Shown here piece by piece: positions 1 through 8,123 of a stretch of DNA of 52,970 bases (its first letter is position 1; each line of letters begins with the position of its first letter). The position numbers and the translations under genes are program-made. The notes under the pieces are model-generated. The model made no database searches and was not told the origin of the DNA. It saw only the letters and a program-made list of their open reading frames with translations. Origin of the DNA: an uncultured Planctomycetota bacterium (lineage in GTDB: Bacteria > Planctomycetota > J058); assembly GCA_964569055.1 (NCBI GenBank), contig CAZMSZ010000004.1:1-52970 (forward strand), given 5' to 3'.

Positions 1-4
1 CGGG

Positions 5-718
5 CTACGTCGCGGCGCGCGCGCCGACCGGCATGCCGCGGCGGAAGGTGACCATGGTCCCCTGCAGCTCGAGCTCGTCGTTGTCGTTGAGCACCGCGTC
101 GAGGCGATGCCGCCCGTTCACGCGCACCGCCTTGCCCCGGGGGCTGACGTCGAGCAACCGGAAACCCTGCTCGTCGCGCACGATCACGGCCACCACGCGC
201 GGGCAGAACCAGCCCGAGACCTGCACGTCGGCGTCGGGCTCGCGCCCGATCACGGTCAGGGCCCGGTCCAGGATCACGTCGGGCCGCCCCGGGATCGCGA
301 GGTGGCCGCGCGAGCGCCCCTGCTCCTCGCGGTGGCGTCGCGCGAGCGTGGCCGCGTCCATCGCCAGGGTCATCATGCCGTCGCGCGCGCCGGTCAGCGA
401 CGGGTTGGTCTCGTCGTCGCTGAGCTCGGCCTCGTAGTGGAGCGTGTACTTCCCGAGCGAGATCACGTCGCCCGAGTTGAGGTTGTGCGCCTGGACCTTC
501 TTGCCGTTGACGAAGGTCCCGTTCCCCGACTGCAGGTCGCGGAGCTGCACGAAGCCCGGCTTGCGCAGGATCTCGCAGTGGACCCGCGAGATGCCGAGGT
601 TGTCGATCTGGACGTCGCAGTCCTCGTTGCGCCCGATGCGAAGCCGCTTGAAGTCGTCGCCGAACTCGTGCCGAGACAAGGTCCGGCCCGAGAGCACGAG
701 CGTCAGCTTGACCGGCAT
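5..718 (-). CDS. FHA-domain protein with two FHA modules
   Basis: Track ORF 5..1024(-) trimmed to the in-frame ATG (cat at 716-718), giving MPVKLTLVLSG.... Two FHA-like modules: RIGRNEDCDVQIDNLGISRVHCEI...GNGTFVNGKKV and VIGREPDADVQV...AVRVNGRH. The discarded upstream 102 codons run through a hexamer microsatellite (VPVPVPVPCPCP) and are not credible coding. Confidence 0.8.
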   Translation of the reverse strand: MPVKLTLVLSGRTLSRHEFGDDFKRLRIGRNEDCDVQIDNLGISRVHCEILRKPGFVQLRDLQSGNGTFVNGKKVQAHNLNSGDVISLGKYTLHYEAELSDDETNPSLTGARDGMMTLAMDAATLARRHREEQGRSRGHLAIPGRPDVILDRALTVIGREPDADVQVSGWFCPRVVAVIVRDEQGFRLLDVSPRGKAVRVNGRHRLDAVLNDNDELELQGTMVTFRRGMPVGARAAT

Positions 719-835
719 GGCTCCCCTCCCCGACCCCGCCGATTGTGCCAGGTCGGGAGGGATCGTGCAGCGGGGGGTAAACGTGACTCTTTCACGGGGA
801 ATCCCTGAGGGTGGGGTCGGACGGTGCCATGCCCT

Positions 836-931
836 CGATTCCGTCCCGTGCCCCGTAACCCGCGGCACGGCGGCGAGGCACGAGCACGAGCACGGGCACG
901 GGCACGGCACGGGCACGGGCACGGGCACGGG
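836..931. repeat. Partial copy of the hexamer-armed intergenic element: short CGTCCC/GTGCCC arm followed by a (GCACGA/GCACGG)n run of about 60 nt
   Basis: Read directly: cgattccgtcccgtgccccgt aacccgc ggcacggcggcgaggcacgagcacgagcacgggcacgggcacggcacgggcacgggcacgggcacgggg. It shares the cgattcc lead-in and the hexamer unit with the elements at 32579-32784 and 43894-44080. It lies in the divergent intergenic region between the FHA gene and the Fe-S/NrfD gene. Confidence 0.8.
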
Positions 932-1010
932 GCTGCCGCTCGGGATCGCCAAGCTGGTCGGACGGAAGGCCACACGCCCCCAAGTCGGCTCGCCTCGGTA
1001 AGATCCGCGC

Positions 1011-2564
1011 GTGCTCTGGGGCAAGCTGATCGATCACGACCGGTGCATCGGCTGCCACGCCTGCAGCGTGGCCTGCAAGGCGGAGAACGACGTCCCGCTG
1101 GGGGTGTTCCGCACCTGGGTCAAGCAGGTCGAGAAGGGGAGCGGCCCCGCGACCAAGCGCCACTTCGGGGTGCTGCGCTGCAACCAGTGCGAGGACGCCC
1201 CCTGCGTAGCGATCTGCCCGACCGCGGCCATGCACCGCCGCCCCGACGGGATCGTCGACTTCGACAAGGACGTGTGCATCGGCTGCAAGGCCTGCATTCA
1301 GGCCTGCCCGTACGACGCGATCTACATCGACCCGAGCAGCCACACCGCCGCCAAGTGCAACTTCTGCGCGCACCGGGTGGAGGTCGGGCTGCAGCCCGCT
1401 TGCGTCTCGGCCTGCCCCACCGGCGCGCTGGTGGTCTCGGACCTCGACGACCCGACCTCGCCGGTGGCGCGCGCCGTGGCGGGCGGCAAGGTGCAGGTGC
1501 GCAAGCCCGAGCTCGCCACGCGACCGAAGGTGTTCTACAAGGGCGCCGACGAGAGCGTGCTCGACCCGCGGGCCGCGACCCGCACGGCGACGGGGATCTG
1601 GGGCGCCAGCCGCGGCTGCGGCGAGGAGCTCGCCGAGCGCTCGGGCGGGACCGGCGCCCCCGCGGCGGCGCGCGTCGCCTACGACGTGCCGCGGGAGGGC
1701 GCCCCCTGGGGCGCCAAGATCTCCGCCTACCTGCTGGCCAAGTCGCTCGGCGCGGGGGCGCTGCTGATCGGCGGCCTGGGCCTGCTCGCCTTCGAGCGCG
1801 GCCCCCAGCTGTTCGGCATGTGGCCGCCCGTGTTCGCGCTCGCGTTCTTGGCCCTGACCCTCCTGCTCCTGGTCGCCGACCTGCGCCGCCCCGAGCGGTT
1901 CTTGCTCCTGCTGTTCCGCCCGCAGCCCAAGAGCTGGCTGGTGCGGGGCGCGTTCGTGCTGTTCGCCGCCTGCGCGGCGGCCGCCGCCTGGCTGGGCGCG
2001 CTCGCCTACGACGGCGGCGTGCCGCCCGCCGCCTGGCGCGGCCTGGGCGCGGCGGCCGTGCTCGGCGGGGTCGGCGCGGCCGGCTACACCGCCTTCCTGT
2101 TCGGGCAGGCCCGCGGCCGCGCCTTCTGGCAGAGCCCGCTCCTGCTCCCGCACCTCGTGATCCAGGCGGCGCTGGCCGGGACGGCGCTGCTGGCGATCGT
2201 CCCGGGCATGCTCCTGGGCGACGTGGGGCCCGGCGCGCGCGAGGCGCGCCTGGTCGGCCTGGGGATCGCCATGGCCGTGGCGCTCGGCCTCAACCTGCTG
2301 ATGGTCCTGGCCGAGCTCGGCGCCCACGGCGGAGCCGACGCCCGCCTGGCGGTGCGCTGGCTCACCAGCGGCGAGCGCGCCACCACGCTCTACCTCGGCG
2401 TGCTCGTGCTGGGCCACGTGTTCCCGGCCACCTGCCTGGTGGCGGCCCTGTCCCTCGAGGGCGCCGGCCCCGCCGTCGCGCTGGGCGGCCTGGGCGCCCT
2501 GAGCGGCCTGTTCCTGTGGGACCACCTCTACGTGCTGGCGGGCCAGGCCCCGCCGCTGAGCTGA
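1011..2564 (+). CDS. Fusion of a 4Fe-4S ferredoxin-type subunit (DmsB/PsrB/NrfC-like) to an NrfD/PsrC-like polytopic membrane anchor
   Basis: GTG start. The N-terminal ~190 aa carry four Cys clusters (CIGCHACSVACK, CNQCEDAPCVAICP, CIGCKACIQACP, CNFCAHRVEVGLQPACVSACP). The C-terminal ~320 aa have multiple hydrophobic helices and a DLRRPERF motif typical of NrfD-family anchors. High GC3. Confidence 0.85.
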   Translation: MLWGKLIDHDRCIGCHACSVACKAENDVPLGVFRTWVKQVEKGSGPATKRHFGVLRCNQCEDAPCVAICPTAAMHRRPDGIVDFDKDVCIGCKACIQACPYDAIYIDPSSHTAAKCNFCAHRVEVGLQPACVSACPTGALVVSDLDDPTSPVARAVAGGKVQVRKPELATRPKVFYKGADESVLDPRAATRTATGIWGASRGCGEELAERSGGTGAPAAARVAYDVPREGAPWGAKISAYLLAKSLGAGALLIGGLGLLAFERGPQLFGMWPPVFALAFLALTLLLLVADLRRPERFLLLLFRPQPKSWLVRGAFVLFAACAAAAAWLGALAYDGGVPPAAWRGLGAAAVLGGVGAAGYTAFLFGQARGRAFWQSPLLLPHLVIQAALAGTALLAIVPGMLLGDVGPGAREARLVGLGIAMAVALGLNLLMVLAELGAHGGADARLAVRWLTSGERATTLYLGVLVLGHVFPATCLVAALSLEGAGPAVALGGLGALSGLFLWDHLYVLAGQAPPLS

Positions 2565-2567
2565 GCC

Positions 2568-5318
2568 ATGGCGGACGCCCCGCACCTCACCTCGCAGCCG
2601 CCCCATGAGCGGTGGGACGACTGGGTCGAGTTCGACCCCGCGGCCTGGCCGCGCAAGGTCGAGCGCCGCTCGGTCGTGGTCCCCACGCTGTGCTTCAACT
2701 GCGAGGCCGGCTGCGGGCTGCTCGCCTACGTCGACCGCGAGGACCTCTCGATCCGGCGGATCGAGGGGAACCCGCTCCACCCCGGCAGCCGCGGCCACAC
2801 CTGCGCCAAGGGGCCCGCCACCCTCAGCCAGGTGCGCGACCCCGAGCGGATCCTGCACCCGCTGCGGCGGAGCGGGAAGCGCGGCGAGGGGAAGTGGGAG
2901 CAGGTCTCGTGGGACGAGGCGCTCGACGCGATCGGGGGGCGGATCCGCGAGGCGCTCCTCGCGGGGCGCCACGACGGCGTGATGTACCACGTCGGCCGCC
3001 CCGGCGAGGACGGGTTCATGGACCGGGTGCTCCAGGCCTGGGGCGTCGACGGCCACAACTCGCACACCAACGTGTGCTCGTCGTCGACCCGCCTCGGGCT
3101 CATGACGATGTGGGGCTCGGACCGCTCCTCGCCCGACTACGCCAACGCCGACTTCATCCTGCTCGTGTCGGCCAAGCTCGAGAGCGGGCACTACTTCAAC
3201 CCGCACGCCCAGCGGATCACCGAGGCGCGCGAGCGCGGGGCGCAGGTGGCGGTGCTCGACATCCGCCTCTCGAACACCGCCTCGGTCGCCGACCACTGGC
3301 TGCCGACCTACCCCGGGTCGGAGGCGTTCGTGCTCCTCGCCATGGCGGGCGTGATCCTGCGCGAGGGGCTGGCCGACCGCGAGTTCATTCGCCGCTGGAC
3401 CAACTGGCGCGAGACCGCGCCGCACCTGCCCGGGCCCGACGGCGCGCCGCTCGGCGAGAACGCGGACTTCGACGCGTTCCTGGCCGCCTTCACGCGCTAT
3501 CTCTCCGAGCGCTACTCGCTCGAGCGCGCCGAGGCCGCCTCGGGCGTGCCCGCCGCCGAGCTGGCCAAGGTGGCCCGCAAGGCGGGGCGGGCCGGCAGCC
3601 GGCTCGCCACGAACATCTGGCGCAACGCCGCCTCGGGCAACCTCGGCGGCTGGCAGATCGCGCGCTCGCTCCTGCTGCTCAACGTGCTGACCGGGAGCGT
3701 CGGCACGCGCGGCGGGATCGCGCCCCACGACTGGCACAAGATGAAGCCGCCCGTGCCCGCGCCGCCTCCGCCGCACGCGCGCTGGAACGAGCTGCTCTGG
3801 CCCAAGGAGTACCCGCTCGCGCACTACGAGACCAGCTTCCTCCTGCCGCACCTCCTGCTCGACGGGCGCGGCCAGCTCGACGTCTACTTCACCCGGGTGT
3901 TCAACCCGGTGTGGACCTACCCCGACGGCGCGAGCTGGATCGAGGCGCTCTCCGACGAGGCGCTCGTCGGGCTGCACGTGGCGCTCACGCCCACCTGGAA
4001 CGAGACCGCGCAGTTCGCCGACTACGTGCTGCCGGTCGGCCACGGGCCCGAGCGGCACGACAACCAGAGCCAGGAGACCCACACCGGCCGCTGGATCGGG
4101 CTGCGTCAGCCCGTCGTGCGTGAGGCCATGCGCCGGCTCGGGCGCGGGGTCGACGACACGCGCCAGGCGAACCCGGGCGAGGTGTGGGAGGAGGCGGAGC
4201 TGTTCATCGCCCTCTCCTGGCGGATCGACCCCGACGGCGCCCTCGGGATCCGGCGCTGGTTCGAGGCGCCGCAGCGCCCCGGCGAGCCCATGACGGTCGA
4301 CGACTACTTCGGCGGCCTGTTCGCGGCGGTGCCGGGGCTCTCCGAGGCGGCGGCGGCCGAGGGGCTCGAGCCGCTCGAGTACATGCGCCGGCGCGGGGTG
4401 TTCGCGGTCGAGCCGGAGGGGGCCGAGCGCCTCGCGCTGCACGAGCGGGAGGTCGGCCCCGACGAGCCCGGGGTGGAGGTCGACGGGGTGCGGCGCGCCG
4501 GCTTCGGCACGCCGTCGCGCAAGCTCGAGCTGTACAGCGCGACCCTGGCCGAGTGGGGCTGGCCCGAGCACGCGCTGCCCGGCGCGATCGAGAGCCAGGT
4601 CGCGCCCGAGCGGCTCGAGGACGGCCAAATGGTCCTGGTCCCGACCTTCCGCCTGCCGGTGCTGGTCCACTCCCGCTCGGGGAACGCCAAGTGGCTGCTC
4701 GAGATCGCCCACAGCAACCCGCTGTGGGTGCACCCCACCGACGCCGAGCGCCTCGGCCTGGAGCTGGGCGCGCTGGCGCGCGTGGAGACGCGGATCGGCG
4801 CGTTCGTGCTGCGGGTGTGGGTGACCGAGGCGGTCCGCCCCGGCGTGGTCGCCTGCAGCCACCACCTCGGCCGCTGGCGCAAGGAGGGCCAGCCCGTGAG
4901 CAGCCGCTGGAGCGCCGCCGAGGTCCGCTTCCAGCGCGAGGGCGCCCGCCTGCTGGTGCGCCGCACGGGCGAGGGGCTCGGCCCGTTCGCCAGCGAGGAC
5001 GCCGACTCCAGCCGGCTGTGGTGGAAGGAGGTCGGCGTGCACCAGAACATGACGTTCCCGGTGCAGCCCGACCCGATCTCGGGCATGCACGTGTGGCACC
5101 AGGCCGTGCGCGTGCGCCCCGCCGGCCCCGACGACCGCGAGGGCGACGTGCGGGTCGACCTCGAAGCCTCGCGCGCGGTGTGGCGCGAGTGGCTGACCCA
5201 GGCGCGCCCGGGGCCCGTGAACGGGCTCCGCCGCCCGACCTGGCTGAAGCGCCCGCTCCGGCCGGTCGAGGCCGCGTTCCGCGCCCCCGACCCAGGCGAG
5301 GCGCCGCCCACGAGCTGA
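2568..5318 (+). CDS. Molybdopterin (Mo/W-bis-PGD, DMSO-reductase superfamily) oxidoreductase catalytic subunit
   Basis: 916 aa, starting 3 nt after the upstream stop. The N-terminal CFNCEAGCGL...HTCAKG motif is the C-x2-C-x3-C...C 4Fe-4S motif of MopB enzymes, and the length and layout fit the family. No twin-arginine signal is visible at the N-terminus. Confidence 0.85.
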   Translation: MADAPHLTSQPPHERWDDWVEFDPAAWPRKVERRSVVVPTLCFNCEAGCGLLAYVDREDLSIRRIEGNPLHPGSRGHTCAKGPATLSQVRDPERILHPLRRSGKRGEGKWEQVSWDEALDAIGGRIREALLAGRHDGVMYHVGRPGEDGFMDRVLQAWGVDGHNSHTNVCSSSTRLGLMTMWGSDRSSPDYANADFILLVSAKLESGHYFNPHAQRITEARERGAQVAVLDIRLSNTASVADHWLPTYPGSEAFVLLAMAGVILREGLADREFIRRWTNWRETAPHLPGPDGAPLGENADFDAFLAAFTRYLSERYSLERAEAASGVPAAELAKVARKAGRAGSRLATNIWRNAASGNLGGWQIARSLLLLNVLTGSVGTRGGIAPHDWHKMKPPVPAPPPPHARWNELLWPKEYPLAHYETSFLLPHLLLDGRGQLDVYFTRVFNPVWTYPDGASWIEALSDEALVGLHVALTPTWNETAQFADYVLPVGHGPERHDNQSQETHTGRWIGLRQPVVREAMRRLGRGVDDTRQANPGEVWEEAELFIALSWRIDPDGALGIRRWFEAPQRPGEPMTVDDYFGGLFAAVPGLSEAAAAEGLEPLEYMRRRGVFAVEPEGAERLALHEREVGPDEPGVEVDGVRRAGFGTPSRKLELYSATLAEWGWPEHALPGAIESQVAPERLEDGQMVLVPTFRLPVLVHSRSGNAKWLLEIAHSNPLWVHPTDAERLGLELGALARVETRIGAFVLRVWVTEAVRPGVVACSHHLGRWRKEGQPVSSRWSAAEVRFQREGARLLVRRTGEGLGPFASEDADSSRLWWKEVGVHQNMTFPVQPDPISGMHVWHQAVRVRPAGPDDREGDVRVDLEASRAVWREWLTQARPGPVNGLRRPTWLKRPLRPVEAAFRAPDPGEAPPTS

Positions 5319-5385
5319 CCTGGCACGTTCGCCCCGCCGGTGCCATGGTCGCCGAAGGAGAGCGCTCGCATCGCCGAGGTGACCC

Positions 5386-6042
5386 ATGCTCGACGTGGCG
5401 CAGTGGGTGGTTGGCGCGCTCGCCGTGGGCGGCGCCGGGGCCTCCATGTTCCTGGGCTGGCGCAACCTCGAGCAGGCGACGCTGCTGGAGAACGACCTCG
5501 CCCCGGGCCAGCTCGGGGCTCACGTCGGGCGCGCCGTCACGGTGGTCGGGACGCCCACGAGCGACTACGGCGGCGACGACCCGTTCCACCGGCGCTGGCT
5601 GTGGTTCCGGCGCGAGTTCCAGGAGTACGACCGCCACCGGAACAACCCCTCCTGGCGCACGGTGCGGGAGGAGACCGCGCCCTGGCACTTCTCCCTCGAC
5701 GTGGGCGGCCGGTCGGTGCGGGTCGAGAACGCGCCCACCGAGGTCTACGGCACCGAGACCGAGACCTCCGGCGGCGGGTGGGGCGAGGACTACCGCACGA
5801 TCACCGAGGTCCTGCCGATCCCGCCGCGCCTCACGGTGTGCGGCGCGCTCGTCAGCCGCGGCCAGGAGCTGTGGGTGGTGCCCGACCGCCGCCTGGGCCT
5901 GCTGTTCGCCCCCGAGCCGCCGCACCGGCGCGCGCGGCGCGAGCGGATCAAGGGCTGGCTGGGCCTGGTCGGAGGGCCGCTCGGGATCATCGCGCTGGCG
6001 CTGTGGCTGACGAGCGCCGGCGGACCGCTCTCCTGGCTGTGA
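5386..6042 (+). CDS. Two-TM membrane protein, GIDE-domain-like (paralogue 1 of 3)
   Basis: ATG preceded by GAGGTGA. N-terminal and C-terminal hydrophobic helices flank a ~170-aa domain. It shares motifs with the next two genes: SWRTVREE..APW.F.LDVGG..V.V.NAPTEV and LTVCGALV....LW.V.D.R.GLLFAPEPPH. The pattern resembles my memory of Pfam GIDE (PF12483). Confidence 0.75.
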   Translation: MLDVAQWVVGALAVGGAGASMFLGWRNLEQATLLENDLAPGQLGAHVGRAVTVVGTPTSDYGGDDPFHRRWLWFRREFQEYDRHRNNPSWRTVREETAPWHFSLDVGGRSVRVENAPTEVYGTETETSGGGWGEDYRTITEVLPIPPRLTVCGALVSRGQELWVVPDRRLGLLFAPEPPHRRARRERIKGWLGLVGGPLGIIALALWLTSAGGPLSWL

Positions 6043-6060
6043 GCCGCCGAGGAGGACGCC

Positions 6061-6714
6061 GTGATCGGCTGGCTGATCATCATCGGGTACTGGGCCGCGG
6101 TGCTGGGGGTGGCCGCCTCCTTCGCGCGCCGCGGCTGGCTGGACCTGGCGCAGGCCCGCGTGTTGACCGAGGAGGTCTCGCCCAGCCGGCTCGATCAGTT
6201 CGTCGGGCGCGCCTGCACGCTGCGCGGCGAGCCCTTCAAGGACGCCGGGATCGGGCTCACGGCCGCGCACGCGCGCACGCTGTGGTTCTGCAAGCGCTAC
6301 CTCGAGAAGAGCGGCTCGGGCGAGGACGTCAGCTACCGCGTGGTCCGCGAGGACGTGGCCCCGTGGGACTTCACGCTCGACGTGGGGGGCGTGCCGGTGC
6401 GCGTCAAGAACGCGCCCACCGAGGTCCACGGGACGACGACGCATGCCTCGGGCGGCGAGGGGCCGTGGCACAGTGAGACCGAGGTCCTCCCGCTCGTCTC
6501 GCGCCTCACCGTGTGCGGCGCGCTGGTGCGCCACGCCGGCGACCTGTGGCTCGTCCGCGACGACCGCGTCGGGCTCTTGTTCGCGCCCGAGCCGCCCCAC
6601 GAGCGGGCTCGGCGCGAGGAGCTCAAGGGCTGGCTCAACCTGCTGCTCGCGCCCGCCGGCATCCTGGCGTTCGCCAGCTGGATCGCATACCAGCTCAGGC
6701 CGCTGTTCCTGTGA
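6061..6714 (+). CDS. Two-TM membrane protein, GIDE-domain-like (paralogue 2 of 3)
   Basis: GTG start preceded by GAGGAGGA, 18 nt after the previous stop. 217 aa, colinear with paralogue 1 (SYRVVREDVAPWDFTLDVGGVPVRVKNAPTEVHG; RLTVCGALVRHAGDLWLVRDDRVGLLFAPEPPHERARREELKGW). Confidence 0.75.
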   Translation: MIGWLIIIGYWAAVLGVAASFARRGWLDLAQARVLTEEVSPSRLDQFVGRACTLRGEPFKDAGIGLTAAHARTLWFCKRYLEKSGSGEDVSYRVVREDVAPWDFTLDVGGVPVRVKNAPTEVHGTTTHASGGEGPWHSETEVLPLVSRLTVCGALVRHAGDLWLVRDDRVGLLFAPEPPHERARREELKGWLNLLLAPAGILAFASWIAYQLRPLFL

Positions 6715-6847
6715 CGCCCGCGCGGCAGCCCGCGCCGAAGTGAGGCCGAGCGGGCGGCGCTCGGCGCCGTCGACCCGTCGCTCGCTCCCGGCCGGCCCGC
6801 TGGCGTCCGCGGCGCACACGTGGCAACGTGAGGCTCGAGGAGGCGGG

Positions 6848-7501
6848 GTGTTCGAGCTGTCGTTCGCGACCGCGGTGGCCTGCTCGCTCTGCGGGGTGGG
6901 CTTTTGCGTGCGTCAGGGCTGGCAACGGCTGCGCGTCGTGCGCGCGCTCGAGCGCGAGCAGTCGCTGGAGGACCTCGAGGCTCGGGTCGGGGAGCTCGTC
7001 GCGATCGAGGGGGCGCCCGTGCGCACGGGTGGCGAGGAGGACGACGACCCCGAGGCGGCGAGCTGCGTGTGGTACCGCCATGAGCTCGAGACCCGCGACC
7101 CGGAGAAGGACAGCTGGCGCACGCTGCGGGTCGAGGAGCCGCGCTGGAGGCTCGCGCTCGACGTCGGGGGCGGGCGCGTCGCGATCGCCGGGGCGCCGAC
7201 CGCGCTAATCGGCAGCAAGCCCTCGATCAGGTCCGACGGGGGCGATCGCTACCGGACGGTCATGACCCGGATCCCCATCACGCCGGTCGTGACGGCCTGC
7301 GGCCGCCTGGAGCGCGCAGGCGGCGCGCTGCAGCTCGTGCCCGACCCGCGGGTGGGCCTGTCCCTGGCGGGCGAACGCGCCCTCGCGCAGGCGGATCGGG
7401 AGCGCGCGTCCGTGCGCTTCTGGCTGCTCGTGGCAGCGCCGGCCACGGTCGCGTTCTCGCTGCTGCTCGCAGGGTTGATCCACCTGCGCATGCACCACTG
7501 A
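6848..7501 (+). CDS. Two-TM membrane protein, GIDE-domain-like (paralogue 3 of 3, more diverged)
   Basis: Track ORF 6443..7501 trimmed to the in-frame GTG at 6848, preceded by GAGGAGG (6838-6844). This gives 217 aa, the same length as the paralogues. Motifs: CVWYRHELETRD..SWRTLRVEEPRWRLALDVGGGRVAIAGAPT; VVTACGRLERAGGALQLVPDPRVGLSLA; terminal TM helix. Confidence 0.7.
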   Translation: MFELSFATAVACSLCGVGFCVRQGWQRLRVVRALEREQSLEDLEARVGELVAIEGAPVRTGGEEDDDPEAASCVWYRHELETRDPEKDSWRTLRVEEPRWRLALDVGGGRVAIAGAPTALIGSKPSIRSDGGDRYRTVMTRIPITPVVTACGRLERAGGALQLVPDPRVGLSLAGERALAQADRERASVRFWLLVAAPATVAFSLLLAGLIHLRMHH

Positions 7502-7505
7502 GGCG

Positions 7506-8105
7506 CTACACGTAGGACGGCCGGCCCTCGTCGAGCACCCAGGGGTGGTCGTGGGTCTCGAACAGGTCGAGCAGGGCGTGGACGCCGTGCTTGATCTTGT
7601 GGTCGCGCTCGGCGGCGGTGATCGGCACCACCCACAGGAACTCGACCGGGTCGCCCTCGACGCTCAGCCGCTTGGGCAGCTCGCGGTCGGGCGAGACGAC
7701 CGAGGTCAGCAGCAGCAGGTGACGCAGCTCCGAGCCGGGGAACGGCGCCTCGGACAGCGCCACCGTGTGGCCGAAGCCCAGCCAGGTCTGGTCGCGGAAG
7801 GGGAAGCGCGCCAGCCAGCGCATGAGCGCGACGTACTCGTCCTTGAGCTCGCGCACGTAGAGCAGCAGCTCGGCGCGGTGGGGGATCCCCTCGGGGAGGT
7901 CGGGCGGGAGGTGCATGCGCCGATCGCTCATGCCGCCGCTGGCGAGCGTGTAGAACGGGCCGTCGCCGAGGTCGCGCGCGAACACGTAGACCGCGATCTG
8001 GGGGACGTCACCCCCCGCGGGCCGCTCGAGGTCGGGGAGGTACACCCCCTCGTACGGTCCGAGCAGCTCCTGGAAGGCTGCCTCGCGCTCCTTCGTCACG
8101 CCCAC
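7506..8105 (-). CDS. SUFU-like (suppressor-of-fused N-domain family) cytoplasmic protein
   Basis: 199 aa with GTG start, 18 nt downstream of the FHA-kinase gene on the same strand. The layout recalls bacterial SUFU-like proteins (YTLASGGMS...ELLLY...W.GFGHTV...FLWVVPITAAERDHK...G...L). Assigned from memory of the family, with no search run. Confidence 0.55.
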   Translation of the reverse strand: MGVTKEREAAFQELLGPYEGVYLPDLERPAGGDVPQIAVYVFARDLGDGPFYTLASGGMSDRRMHLPPDLPEGIPHRAELLLYVRELKDEYVALMRWLARFPFRDQTWLGFGHTVALSEAPFPGSELRHLLLLTSVVSPDRELPKRLSVEGDPVEFLWVVPITAAERDHKIKHGVHALLDLFETHDHPWVLDEGRPSYV

Positions 8106-8123
8106 GCGGTCCAGCCTAACACC

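Noticed and set aside
703-1001. ORFs encoding VPVPVP, HGHGHG and TGTGTG repeat peptides (also at 32612-32790, 43842-44160 and 18011-18298)
   Set aside because: They are translations of the hexamer microsatellites in all frames. They lack RBSs and sit within intergenic repeat elements.
2568-5318. Selenocysteine recoding in the MopB subunit
   Set aside because: The ORF is continuous with no in-frame TGA, so there is no need to invoke Sec.
5320-5336. Sigma-54-like TGGCAC box upstream of the first GIDE-like gene
   Set aside because: TGGCAC is followed by GTTCG-CCCC rather than N5-TTGC(A/T), so the -12 element is absent.
792-5465. 1557-aa minus-strand ORF, with similar giant ORFs at 4204-6819(-), 4184-6010(+) and 824-2608(+), overlapping the molybdoenzyme genes
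   Set aside because: The translations are low-complexity Arg/Ala/Gly/Pro-rich with no motifs. They lie antisense or out of frame to genes with clear Fe-S, NrfD and MopB signatures. These are typical stop-codon-poor artefacts of ~73% GC DNA.
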